Virus record (IMG/VR): IMGVR_UViG_3300010399_000010
Span: 1-53,334 of that record
Direction: 5' to 3' (one strand)
DNA: 53,334 nucleotides
Source: a virus
Lineage: Duplodnaviria; Caudoviricetes
Below are positions 8,615 through 18,143 of this stretch, piece by piece (within the stretch, counting starts at the first letter, position 1; every line of letters begins with the position of its first letter). The notes below the pieces were generated by a model. That model saw only the letters and a list, made by a program, of their open reading frames with translations. It ran no database searches and was not told where the DNA came from. The position numbers and the translations under genes were made by a program.

Positions 8615-9751
8615 ATGGCTGAAAATCTGCGCTATCTCCAGGCGGTGCGCGTCAATACGATCATGCAGGCGCTCTCCGACGCGCGCGAACTGCCCGGCAC
8701 CCTGCCCTGGTCGTCGCGCATCGGGGATGTACCGGCGGTGGACGGTGAGATCATGGCCCGTTTCATCGGGCGGGTCCAGATTGCCGATCTGATCGCGGAT
8801 GACGCGGCGGCGGTGGTCTATCAGGCCGGCAAGTTTAATTTCGAGTCGACCGCGGTGCCGAACCTCAAGCACGGCATTGCGATGAGTCAGGAGATGCTCA
8901 ATCAACTGGCATCGCTCCAGGGCACCGTCACGAACGATATGGGCATCTTCACCGGCTACGAGCAGCGCACGATCGATAACCTGCTGCTCGGCATCCGCTG
9001 GCGCCAGGAGGCGCTGCTGATCGCGATGCTGCTCGACGGCTTCAGCTACGATCGGCTGGGCATCAAGATGGTCAATGTGTCCTGGGGCATGCCCTCGGAC
9101 CTCAAGATCACCGTGTCACCGACCTGGGATACGGCCGGCAGCGCGACCCCGGTTGATAACATCCTGGCGGCGGTCCTGATCGGCCAGACGCGCTATGGGA
9201 TTACCTTCAATCGCGTCTCCATGACCACGACCGATTTTCGGTATATGGTCGCGACGGCGGAATACCAAGCCAAAGCGAAGCAGTTTCTGCCGCCGCAACT
9301 GACCTTCTCTGACCTCTCGCTCGCGAACCTGACTCAGCAACGCGCGCTCGCGGAAGCGACCCTGGGCATGACGATCGAACTGAACGACAGTCGCTACTGG
9401 AGCGCCGCCGCGAATGGCGTACAGACCAGCGCGCCCTTCCACCCGGTCGGACAGGTCATCCTGACCAGCAGCGCGAACGACAATCAGGACAGCGTGATGG
9501 ACTTCGCCAACGGCGTCGTCACCGAGTCGATCGTCGCCGATCTGGTCGACTCCGGGATGATCGGCAACCTAGGCGGGATGCAGCGCGGCCCGCTGGCCTA
9601 TGCGACCGCCGCAAACCCGAACCTCAACCCGCCCGGCGTCGTGTATTGGGGGGTCAAGCGCGGCTTCCCCCGTAAGCACCTGCTGCAAGCCAGCGCACGC
9701 TTGACGGTTGGAACCTATGGGGACCTGATCGCGGTCGGGGAGCCGTTCTAG
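8615..9751 (+). CDS. Major capsid protein (lambda E-like)
   Basis: About 378 aa, canonical position, strong AGGAGG RBS. Confidence 0.82.
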   Translation: MAENLRYLQAVRVNTIMQALSDARELPGTLPWSSRIGDVPAVDGEIMARFIGRVQIADLIADDAAAVVYQAGKFNFESTAVPNLKHGIAMSQEMLNQLASLQGTVTNDMGIFTGYEQRTIDNLLLGIRWRQEALLIAMLLDGFSYDRLGIKMVNVSWGMPSDLKITVSPTWDTAGSATPVDNILAAVLIGQTRYGITFNRVSMTTTDFRYMVATAEYQAKAKQFLPPQLTFSDLSLANLTQQRALAEATLGMTIELNDSRYWSAAANGVQTSAPFHPVGQVILTSSANDNQDSVMDFANGVVTESIVADLVDSGMIGNLGGMQRGPLAYATAANPNLNPPGVVYWGVKRGFPRKHLLQASARLTVGTYGDLIAVGEPF

Positions 9752-9815
9752 GCTGATTGATGGAAGGGGCGCCGGGTGTGGGCAACCCCGCCCGGCTACG
9801 TGAAACGAGGGAGTA

Positions 9816-10109
9816 ATGGCAGTACTCACACGCGAACAGATGGCCGCCGTAATCGAGGGCGGCGGCAGTGTCCTCCATAACGGCGCGCTGATCACGCGGC
9901 TTGCCGATCTGCCCAGTGCGGCGGAGCTTGCGGCGGGCGATCCAGCCAAAGAGGCGGCAGCACAAGCCGCGCTCCAGGCCCAGATCGCAGCACTCCAATC
10001 CCAGGTGGATCAGCTGCAAGTCAGCCAGGTCAAGGCGCTGGCAACCGGCACCGGCACCGGCACTGAGGAACCCCCGAAAGGCCCAGCGCCCAAGGGCAGC
10101 AAGGGGTAG
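9816..10109 (+). CDS. Small virion-associated protein
   Basis: Follows the MCP gene; coiled coil. Confidence 0.6.
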   Translation: MAVLTREQMAAVIEGGGSVLHNGALITRLADLPSAAELAAGDPAKEAAAQAALQAQIAALQSQVDQLQVSQVKALATGTGTGTEEPPKGPAPKGSKG

Positions 10110-10112
10110 GCT

Positions 10113-10556
10113 ATGCCCCTCGACGCGAGCGCTTATCAGCAACTGATTATCGGCCAGGTCGGGGATGACGCGGCCGGCACGCTGGCGAGCCAAATCACGA
10201 CCCTCTGGACCGCGAACGATAATCAGACCAGCGTGCCGGTCCAGGCGCTCTACGTTCGGCGCGACGCGATCGATCTCATGCTCGCGCGGGCACGCCAGGG
10301 AGCGGACTTCACGGACCCCAACGGTACAGAGGTGAAGCTCGATCAACTGTTTGAACACCTGCTGAAGATGCGGCAAGCGGTTCAGGCCGATATCGATCGG
10401 GCGGTCGCGGCGGGCCTCGTCACGGCGGCCGGCAGCGGCGCGGTGGGTGAGCTGACCAAAACCACCCCGATCGCGGTGGACTATCCCGGACAAAGCGATC
10501 CATCGGGCCGGGTCTACCGGGGTGATCCGCTGCGACCGAGGCGGCGACGGCCATGA
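10113..10556 (+). CDS. Head-tail adaptor (putative)
   Basis: Synteny; helical; about 147 aa. Confidence 0.6.
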   Translation: MPLDASAYQQLIIGQVGDDAAGTLASQITTLWTANDNQTSVPVQALYVRRDAIDLMLARARQGADFTDPNGTEVKLDQLFEHLLKMRQAVQADIDRAVAAGLVTAAGSGAVGELTKTTPIAVDYPGQSDPSGRVYRGDPLRPRRRRP

Positions 10557-10969
10557 CCAATCCGTTTGCGATCCCTGCTGACACCGAAGCGCTGATGCGC
10601 CAGGCGACGATCGACGTGGATCTGGCGGGTCCCAAAGCCTTCGGCGTGGGTGGGGCACTCTGGACCGTGACGGGCGCACCGAGTGGCGGTGGTGGGGTCA
10701 GCGGCCCACGAACAGTGAGCGCGGGCGGAACTGTCACCGCCTACATCGTGCGTGAGGAAGCGGACAAACTGGCCGCTGCGCTCGCGGGGCAGCAGGCGCC
10801 GAGTGGCGTGTGGAAGCTCTACGCGCCGCTCACCGTAAACAATGTTGCGCAGGCCCTGACCGCCGGGATGCTCCTGACCAGTCAGGCGACACCCAGCTAC
10901 AAATTCGCGATCATGGATCTGGACACGGATGCGGGGCTCTACATTGGAACCCTGGAGGCCAGGCGATGA
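10553..10969 (+). CDS. Head closure protein (putative)
   Basis: Synteny; beta-rich; ATGA coupling. Confidence 0.55.
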   Translation: MTNPFAIPADTEALMRQATIDVDLAGPKAFGVGGALWTVTGAPSGGGGVSGPRTVSAGGTVTAYIVREEADKLAAALAGQQAPSGVWKLYAPLTVNNVAQALTAGMLLTSQATPSYKFAIMDLDTDAGLYIGTLEARR

Positions 10970-11409
10970 CCACCGATCTCTCGGACATCACACGCGGGCT
11001 GCAACGGATGCGCGAGCTGGTCATGCAGGGCGGCGCGGAGGGGCTTACCGAGGGCGCTCAGGCGATGCAAGCGGATGCGCAAGTGACCGCGCTCTACCAG
11101 GGCGTGACGGGCGCCACACGGGCCGGCACAGTCGCGTATGTGGCGGGCGCGGGGGCACCAGGGAGCGGCGCGCTGGATGCGGCAGCGGCGGCGGTACGCG
11201 AGTTGAACCCCGATCATGTGCTGGTCCAGGTGGTTGAGGCCATTGGCCCAGATGAAACAGCCGTCGTGCTGACCGTCCCGACCGACTACATCGCGGATCT
11301 CGTCACGAAAAATGCCGGCGCGCAAGACTTCCTGGGACCGACGCTCACCGCGCACGCGATGCGACTCACGGCGGCAGCGGCCAAGGGGATCGCGGGGAAG
11401 CTGCGATGA
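10966..11409 (+). CDS. Neck protein (HK97 gp10-like, putative)
   Basis: Synteny; VTGATR...DY...DFLGPTL pattern. Confidence 0.6.
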   Translation: MTTDLSDITRGLQRMRELVMQGGAEGLTEGAQAMQADAQVTALYQGVTGATRAGTVAYVAGAGAPGSGALDAAAAAVRELNPDHVLVQVVEAIGPDETAVVLTVPTDYIADLVTKNAGAQDFLGPTLTAHAMRLTAAAAKGIAGKLR

Positions 11410-11543
11410 ACACTGACGATTGATCAGGTCAAGCGCGGGCGCTCCAACCGCTAGGAAGGGATATCCATGGCAAGCACCTACTGCACCTATGAAACAAAAG
11501 CCGGAAAACTACAGATCACAAGCGAAACGCTGGAATTGCTCGC

Positions 11544-11963
11544 ATGGCTATTGACCTACAGGCGATCCAAAAAGCAGGCTTTGATCGACTCTATGACCAC
11601 GCCGCCGGCGCGAGCGTGCGGGCCGCGTTAGGCGCCGGCGCCAGCAGCATCGTGCATGCCGATCAACTCACCCTCAACACGCTGCCCGCCCGGCCGCTCT
11701 TAGCGTTCCGAGGTGGCGCGGTCGCGGGCGCGAGTATGGAGATGCGGCTGCCGACCTGGCGCTGGTGGATCTATGACGATCTCGAACAGTTGTACTGGCG
11801 GATTAACGGCGTGCTGCCGCTGATCGAGGCGGCCTATCCGCAATTCTTGAATGCGGTCTACGGCCGCGTCTTCGTCACCGATATTGGACCCGAACGACCC
11901 GATCCGGGACTCGGCAACATGCCGTGCCGCTGGGTGGCGTTCGCCTTTTCAACACGGGGGTAG
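11544..11963 (+). CDS. Tail terminator (putative)
   Basis: Immediately precedes the tail tube gene; size fits. Confidence 0.6.
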   Translation: MAIDLQAIQKAGFDRLYDHAAGASVRAALGAGASSIVHADQLTLNTLPARPLLAFRGGAVAGASMEMRLPTWRWWIYDDLEQLYWRINGVLPLIEAAYPQFLNAVYGRVFVTDIGPERPDPGLGNMPCRWVAFAFSTRG

Positions 11964-11966
11964 CAC

Positions 11967-12764
11967 ATGGCACCAGGGGACTTGTTTACCTACGAACTCA
12001 CCGATGGCAAGGTCCAGATCGCCGAGAGCGACGCGGTGACGTTCACCGACGCGGGTGATCTGGTCGGGCTGGTCGCGCACGGCCTCATCGCCGGAACGGC
12101 GGTCGCGTTCTCGTCGATCACGACCACGACCGGCATTACGACCTCCACGAAATACTATGTGATCGGGACACCCGGCGCCGACAGCTTCCAGATCGGTGCC
12201 ACCCCCGGCGGCAGCGCGGTGGTGCTGACGGGCAACGGGAGTGGCGTCATGAAGACCCTGGCCGAAATTGATTTGCTCTACGCCAATAAAATCGAGATCG
12301 AAGCGGAGGAGCAGACGATCACCTGGGCGGGCGACGGGCAGCAGCGATCGGTGTATGTCACGCGCGGCATGACCGCAACCCTTCCAACCGACTGCCTCAG
12401 TGTCGCGGCGGCGGCGCGCATTTTTAACAAAACGCCCGTCACCGCCAACCTTCCCGCCGGGCTAACCACCATGACCTACTTTGGGGAGCCGGCGGAAACG
12501 GGCGGCGTGAGTGCGGGCCTGTGGGCCGAAGGGTACGCTATCCGCCGCAATGCCATCAGTGGCGCTGAAGACCGGATCGACATGCGCCTCTGGATTATGC
12601 TGGGCACCTTGACGCTGGGCGGCGCGCCGGGGCTCGCGACTGGCGAGAAGAGCGGGCAGATGGTCTATAAGCTCGGCGCCGTCCGCTCGACCGTTGATGT
12701 CACCGGCACGGCGCTGCCGGGTGTGCCGAGTGGCGGGGCCTTTTATGCGATCGGGGAGAAGTAG
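11967..12764 (+). CDS. Major tail (tube) protein with inserted beta domain
   Basis: Synteny; insert HGLIAG.AVAF...KYYVI...DSFQIGATPGG. Confidence 0.72.
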   Translation: MAPGDLFTYELTDGKVQIAESDAVTFTDAGDLVGLVAHGLIAGTAVAFSSITTTTGITTSTKYYVIGTPGADSFQIGATPGGSAVVLTGNGSGVMKTLAEIDLLYANKIEIEAEEQTITWAGDGQQRSVYVTRGMTATLPTDCLSVAAAARIFNKTPVTANLPAGLTTMTYFGEPAETGGVSAGLWAEGYAIRRNAISGAEDRIDMRLWIMLGTLTLGGAPGLATGEKSGQMVYKLGAVRSTVDVTGTALPGVPSGGAFYAIGEK

Positions 12765-13238
12765 ATGCCACTCACGAACACTTTAACGCTCTCCGGCGGG
12801 CGCGTGGTCCAGGTCCGCATGCCCGATATGTACGAATTGCTCTCCCAGGTCGGCGTCATCCCCAGTGCCCAGCAGGCAGCGCTTATCCGCCTGCTGGAAG
12901 GGGCGGGGGCAATCGCCGCACAGGGTCTTCAGCAGCACTTCAGCGCGATGAAGGACTATTTGCTCGGCGTCTATGAGATTGCCGCGCTCTGCCTGGTTGA
13001 GCCGAGATTGAGGCTGAAAGGCGAGCCGGGACCTGGCGAGATCGGCCCGGCGGATCTCTCCCAGCAGGACCTCTGGGACATCTATAACCGCTTTTTTTGG
13101 GCCGGGCCGCCAAAGCCGGCCATTCCCGAAGGTAACAGCACCGCTCCCCCAGCCGAAAACCCTGAAGGGACTCAGGATGCTCCACCTGCTGGCAAAGGAG
13201 TACCAGACGCGGCCATCCGCCCTGCTCGGCGTGGATGA
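12765..13238 (+). CDS. Tail assembly chaperone (G-like)
   Basis: Between the tube and tape measure genes; AALCLVEPR...DL...DL motif. Confidence 0.72.
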   Translation: MPLTNTLTLSGGRVVQVRMPDMYELLSQVGVIPSAQQAALIRLLEGAGAIAAQGLQQHFSAMKDYLLGVYEIAALCLVEPRLRLKGEPGPGEIGPADLSQQDLWDIYNRFFWAGPPKPAIPEGNSTAPPAENPEGTQDAPPAGKGVPDAAIRPARRG

Positions 13239-13335
13239 TCCGCTGCTCGCCTTCGAGATTGACCAGGCGGTGCTGCTGGTCGGGCTGCATCCCGACCCGG
13301 AAAAGAAGAGGAAGCCCAAGACCTTGCGAGGCTAG
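13177..13335 (+). CDS. Tail assembly chaperone second ORF (T-like), +1 frame
   Basis: MLHLLAKEYQTRPSALLGVDDPLLAFEIDQAV...; overlaps the G-like gene and ends 3 nt before the TMP gene. Confidence 0.68.
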   Translation: MLHLLAKEYQTRPSALLGVDDPLLAFEIDQAVLLVGLHPDPEKKRKPKTLRG

Positions 13336-13338
13336 GCG

Positions 13339-16230
13339 ATGAGCGAGGGCCTGCGCGCCGGGAGCGCTTTTTCTGTCTACCGCATCAACTATAGCGCCTT
13401 CGACCAGGACGCGGCGCATATTGAGCATCGCTATGCCGAACTGGCGCGGATGGCGGACAAGCCCTTGCCCGCGCCGCGTCTCCCGTCGTCGCTCCCTGGC
13501 GGCCCTGCTGCCCCGTCCAGCCCCGATAGCGCACCACAGCTCCAGCGTGAAGCGGACGCTGCGCTGCGCCTGGCCCAATCACGGGCCAATCTCGCACGGG
13601 CGGAGGGCGATGAGACGCGGGCGCTCGCGATCCTGAATTCCGCACTTGGGCAGAATGCCCATGCGAGCGAGCGGGTGAGCCTGGCGGTGCAGACCCAGGC
13701 GGCGCGCATTGAGCATGGCACGGGTGGCTTGCAGCGGTTCGGCCAGGTTGCGGGGCAACTCGGCGGGCAGATCGGGGGGTTGGCCGGGCAGATCGGCAAT
13801 CTGGCTGGCTCACTCGGCACGATCGGTGCGGTGGGGGCGGTGGTCGGGCTCGGCCGTACGGCGCTGGAGCTGGCCCAGACGGGCGCGCAGGCACAGCGGA
13901 CGCGCGGCGCCTTTGATGACCTGGCCACCCAGGCGCATACGACCGGGAGCGCGCTGATTACTGCGCTCCGATCGGCCAGCCATGGCGAGATCAACGATCT
14001 CAATTTAGAGCTTGCCGCGAACCGCGCGAACCTGCTCGGTGTGGCGGACTCCGCAACGGAGTTCTCGCTCATGATGGAGATCGCGCGGGACCGCGCGCAG
14101 AAGATGGGGTTATCGACCGGCCAGGCGTTCGACAACCTCGTTACCGGGCTCGGTCGGGCCAGCCCGCTGATCCTGGATAACCTCGGTATTACGGTCAGCG
14201 CCGAAACCGCCAACGAAAACTACGCGCGGAGCATCGGAAAAACCGCCGCAGCGCTGACCGAGGCCGAGAAAAAGCAGGCCCTCATCAACGAGGTGCTTGC
14301 GCAAGGACGGGCGAGTTTAGCGGCGACCGGCGGCGCGGCGGATGACGCGGCGGGGAAGTTCGACCGGGCGCAAGCCTCGATCGACAATGCAAAGGCCGCA
14401 GTCGGGGGCCTGCTCGCGCTGAAGATCGCACCGTGGGCCGAAGACATCAGCCGCGTCACGAATGCCCTGATCGGCCTGGGCGACGCAGGGGCGGGCTTCC
14501 AGGGCTTTGCGCACATGAACGCGCAGGTCAACCCGCTCCTGAACAATTTGCAACTCCTGGGCAGCGGGATCGAGAGCGCCACACGCGGCCTTACAGGCAT
14601 CCCGCTCGATCTGGCCGCGCCCGTCAACGCGGCGGTCGAGTCGTACCAGAATCTGGGGAGCCTTGCCACCCAGGCGGCAGGGGGGATCGACGCGGCGGCC
14701 CAGGCCGCGCGGGGCCAGGCGGATGCGGCGCTGGCTGCTGCGTCCGGCATGGCCTACCAGAGTCGGGCGATGATCGACGCGGCCAACGCCGCTGACCTCC
14801 ACCGGGCGATTATGCTCGACGATCGCCAGGAGAACATCCAGGCCTATGAGGCCGCGCTCGGCTTTGCGTCCGCCGCCGGGCAATCCGCTGTACAAAGCCT
14901 GATTGATGCGGACGCCAAACAGGCCCAGGCCGAGCAGATCCGCATCCTTCAAGAGCAAGCCAACGAGGCGACCAACAGCTTCCTCACCCTGAACCCAACG
15001 ATCGATGCGGCGGGTATTGCCGCACTCATCGCCGCCGGCAAGCTGGACCCACTCATCGGCCAACTTGCGGCGGTTCGGATCGAGGCGGCTAAGACCGCCA
15101 ACCAGATGATTCAGTTGAATAGCACGCTGGGTGGCGGGATCGGTGCGGGCGCGAAACCCCTGGGCCGGCTGGATCATGGCGGTGGCGGGGCGCTCAGTGC
15201 CGACGCGATCGGTGAGCGCATCCGCAATATGGATCAGACCGAGCGGATCTATGCCCACTTCAGCGGTGTGGAGACGGGCGCCCGCACGCGCAGCCGTGCA
15301 ACCGGCGCGGGGCACCTCTCGGATATGCAGCAGCTCAACAATAGTTTGCTCGCCAACCAGTCAAGCTATGAGCAGAAGGCCCAGGACCTGGAGCGCCAGC
15401 ATGGCGAGAACCTGCTCCGCATCGAGCGCGACTTTCAGACCAAGAGCCTGGCGCAGCAGAGCCAGAACGAAGAAAAAAAGCGCGAAGGTCGCTACCAGTT
15501 CTACAAGTCCCTGGCCGACGCGGGCAAGGACCTGGGCGACGCTGAGGCGCAAGGGTACAGTGCGGCCTATGAGCAGGCGTTCGCGGAGAGCCAAAAGTTA
15601 GCCCAGGATGGGCAGCACAAGCTGGCCGCCGATCGGCTGGCGCTCCGGCAGCAGCAGATCCAGCAGGATATTGAGGCGGCCAAAGCCATCGCAGCGGCTG
15701 AAGCGGAAGGCGACACTAAACGGGCTGACAGTCTCAAGGCGCTGGAGGCACTGCGCAAGGACAGCCAGGCCGAAGAACTCAAGCAACTGGAAGGGCGGGG
15801 CGATGCGCTCGTCCAAGACCGCCAAAGGGCGATTGACGACGAGGCGACCCGCTATCAGGGCGCGCAGGACAGTAACGCGATTGCTGCCGAGCGCAAGGCC
15901 GATCGGGCCGTCACGGCGGCCGAGCGTGAGCAGAAGGCGATCGGGGATACCAACGCCCTGCTGGCTGAACAGCAGCGGCTCTACGGCCAGACGAGCCCAC
16001 GCGGAAGTGGCGCGGCGACCGCCACACCCGCCGCAAGCATCCCGGCGACTGGGCTGCCAGCAGGGGCTGCCGCCGCTGCTGGTGCCTTCGCCGTCTTCGA
16101 TGCGGCGGTCGTCAGTGCGATCGAGTCCCAGACGACCACACTGGGTGGCAAGCTCGACCTCCTGATCGGGCGCGTCGATGCGGTGGAGCGGGCGGTGCGC
16201 GCGAGCAAGGCGCCGGGGAGTGTCCAGTAA
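13339..16230 (+). CDS. Tape measure protein
   Basis: 963 aa, Ala/Gly-rich and helical; GLGRASPLILDNLGI...LTEAEKKQAL motif. Confidence 0.9.
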   Translation: MSEGLRAGSAFSVYRINYSAFDQDAAHIEHRYAELARMADKPLPAPRLPSSLPGGPAAPSSPDSAPQLQREADAALRLAQSRANLARAEGDETRALAILNSALGQNAHASERVSLAVQTQAARIEHGTGGLQRFGQVAGQLGGQIGGLAGQIGNLAGSLGTIGAVGAVVGLGRTALELAQTGAQAQRTRGAFDDLATQAHTTGSALITALRSASHGEINDLNLELAANRANLLGVADSATEFSLMMEIARDRAQKMGLSTGQAFDNLVTGLGRASPLILDNLGITVSAETANENYARSIGKTAAALTEAEKKQALINEVLAQGRASLAATGGAADDAAGKFDRAQASIDNAKAAVGGLLALKIAPWAEDISRVTNALIGLGDAGAGFQGFAHMNAQVNPLLNNLQLLGSGIESATRGLTGIPLDLAAPVNAAVESYQNLGSLATQAAGGIDAAAQAARGQADAALAAASGMAYQSRAMIDAANAADLHRAIMLDDRQENIQAYEAALGFASAAGQSAVQSLIDADAKQAQAEQIRILQEQANEATNSFLTLNPTIDAAGIAALIAAGKLDPLIGQLAAVRIEAAKTANQMIQLNSTLGGGIGAGAKPLGRLDHGGGGALSADAIGERIRNMDQTERIYAHFSGVETGARTRSRATGAGHLSDMQQLNNSLLANQSSYEQKAQDLERQHGENLLRIERDFQTKSLAQQSQNEEKKREGRYQFYKSLADAGKDLGDAEAQGYSAAYEQAFAESQKLAQDGQHKLAADRLALRQQQIQQDIEAAKAIAAAEAEGDTKRADSLKALEALRKDSQAEELKQLEGRGDALVQDRQRAIDDEATRYQGAQDSNAIAAERKADRAVTAAEREQKAIGDTNALLAEQQRLYGQTSPRGSGAATATPAASIPATGLPAGAAAAAGAFAVFDAAVVSAIESQTTTLGGKLDLLIGRVDAVERAVRASKAPGSVQ

Positions 16231-16610
16231 TGCCCGCCGTCACCCTCAACAGTGTCTCCTTCGCCGGCTCGGTCTTCAGCGATGAAGCAACGGTGCGCTG
16301 GGCGCCCACGAAGGTGGAGCCGCAACCGCGCAAGATCGGGGAAGTCGTCGAGGGACCAGCGGGGCAGCGCACCTGGGTGGATCGCGGGAGTAAAACCGAT
16401 TACCTGCTGACCTGGGATCAGCCCTGTCCAACCTACACGCGCGATCAGGTGCGGGCGATCTTCGATCTGACCAGCACCTTCACCGCGGTGCTGCCAGCCG
16501 GGACCCTCACCGTGCAGTGTGAGGAAACCGACTACAGCGCCGCCTATGCGTTCACGCTGCCCGATGGTCGGGAATACTGGGCCGTGACGTTGCTCGTGAG
16601 GCAGCCATGA
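16230..16610 (+). CDS. Distal tail protein (putative)
   Basis: Directly after the TMP gene; TAATG coupling. Confidence 0.6.
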   Translation: MPAVTLNSVSFAGSVFSDEATVRWAPTKVEPQPRKIGEVVEGPAGQRTWVDRGSKTDYLLTWDQPCPTYTRDQVRAIFDLTSTFTAVLPAGTLTVQCEETDYSAAYAFTLPDGREYWAVTLLVRQP

Positions 16611-18136
16611 GTATCCTCGCTGTCACCGCGCAAATTGAGGTCAAGCCGGCCGGTGCGTGGGTAGACATCACGAACGCCACGGTGCGGGGCAGCGTGCGGA
16701 TCAGCGGGGCGACCACCACCAACAGCGACAACCCGCTCGCGAGCGGTGCATCGGGCGATCTGACCGCCGATCTGGATGTCATGGTCGCGACGGGGATCAC
16801 GATCGCGTCTAGCACCCCGATTCGCATCACGTACACGACCGCGGGCAGCGCCGCGACGCGCACCTTTTTGGGCAGCGTGCGGGACAACCAGGGCAATCTC
16901 ACCACCGCGCACCTGTCGTGCGTCTCGGCCCGCGAGACGATCGCGACCACGCGCGGGTATAGTGTGGCGTTCTACCGCCGACGTGCGTTCACCCAGACGA
17001 CCACGACCAGCCAGGAAGACCCCACGGGCGTGGGCTATCAGGCGGGCCTGGGCAACTGGGGCTTCTGGCAGTCGGGCGGGCGGCCCTTGGAGCAATCGGG
17101 TAGCTACCCGGATGCGGCGTTCTACTACTCGGTCCCCCAGCACAGCCTGATCGCGCCCGAATGGTCCTGGCTCGCAGGCGAATCCTTCTGGGAGCAACTG
17201 GGGCTGCTGGCGGAAGCCTGTGGCGGTCAGGTGTATGTCGCGCGGGATGGCGTCGTGCGCTACATCCAGCCGCTCACCTATCCCAGCGGGTCAGCGCTGT
17301 TTACGTTCAGTCGGAGTGCCGCGACCTACGACCAGACCAGCAGCGGCTATTTCGGACCCGGCTCCAGCTACCGCTTCACGAGTGGGCAGAAGGCCGATCT
17401 GGTCGTCTGCCCATATGAACCGCGTGTGGCCCGCCCGCTCCAGGAGGTCGTGAGCGATGACACGGTACGCCAGGTGCCGGCGGGTGAAACGATCGAGATT
17501 ATCCTGGAGCCGAAATGGCCCTTAAAAAGCCTGCAATACGCGAGCGGTTCGGCCACTCAGCTTGACCCCAAAGCAATCGTCGCGCGCTTCTACGACGGAC
17601 AGAGCGCGCCGCAAGGAGCCAGCGGCTACACCCACACCGTGACACTGGCCGCGCAGCGCGTGACGCTCACCGTCACCAACGCGAGTAGCCGCCCGATTCA
17701 GATCACCAAGATCAAATTGAGCGGCGAGCCGATTGTCGCGGGCGAGCCGTCGAGCGTCACGGTCGGGGAGACTCCACCCGACCGCCCGCCGATCAAGCGC
17801 ACGGTCTGTGATGGCAACCCGTTCGTGCAGAGCCGGTCGCATGCGTTGTTCCTGGCCGAACTGACCCTGGCACTCCACAAGGACGAGCGGATGATTCTTA
17901 ATTTGACCGACTGCCCGCCCGATGTACTGCGGATCGAGGGCGAGACGGTCAATGTCACCTGCGCGGAGTGGGGCCTGTCTGCCGCGCCGTTCCTGATCAC
18001 GGGCCTCGATCGCGACCAGACGAACGGCCGCAACCACTATGAGGCAGTCAGCGTGGCGGGGCTGCCGGCGGATGGGGACTTTTTTATTGTCGGGTCAACG
18101 AATTACACCGGGCTGACCAAGCAGCTGATCTGGTAG
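16607..18136 (+). CDS. Tail tip/hub protein
   Basis: LGLLAEACGGQVYVARDGVVRY hub-like motif; synteny. Confidence 0.7.
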   Translation: MSILAVTAQIEVKPAGAWVDITNATVRGSVRISGATTTNSDNPLASGASGDLTADLDVMVATGITIASSTPIRITYTTAGSAATRTFLGSVRDNQGNLTTAHLSCVSARETIATTRGYSVAFYRRRAFTQTTTTSQEDPTGVGYQAGLGNWGFWQSGGRPLEQSGSYPDAAFYYSVPQHSLIAPEWSWLAGESFWEQLGLLAEACGGQVYVARDGVVRYIQPLTYPSGSALFTFSRSAATYDQTSSGYFGPGSSYRFTSGQKADLVVCPYEPRVARPLQEVVSDDTVRQVPAGETIEIILEPKWPLKSLQYASGSATQLDPKAIVARFYDGQSAPQGASGYTHTVTLAAQRVTLTVTNASSRPIQITKIKLSGEPIVAGEPSSVTVGETPPDRPPIKRTVCDGNPFVQSRSHALFLAELTLALHKDERMILNLTDCPPDVLRIEGETVNVTCAEWGLSAAPFLITGLDRDQTNGRNHYEAVSVAGLPADGDFFIVGSTNYTGLTKQLIW

Positions 18137-18143
18137 GAGTCGC

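Noticed and set aside
9752-9812. Hammerhead ribozyme after the capsid gene
   Set aside because: CTGATTGA does not fit CUGANGA and stems I/III are missing; it is a simple hairpin.
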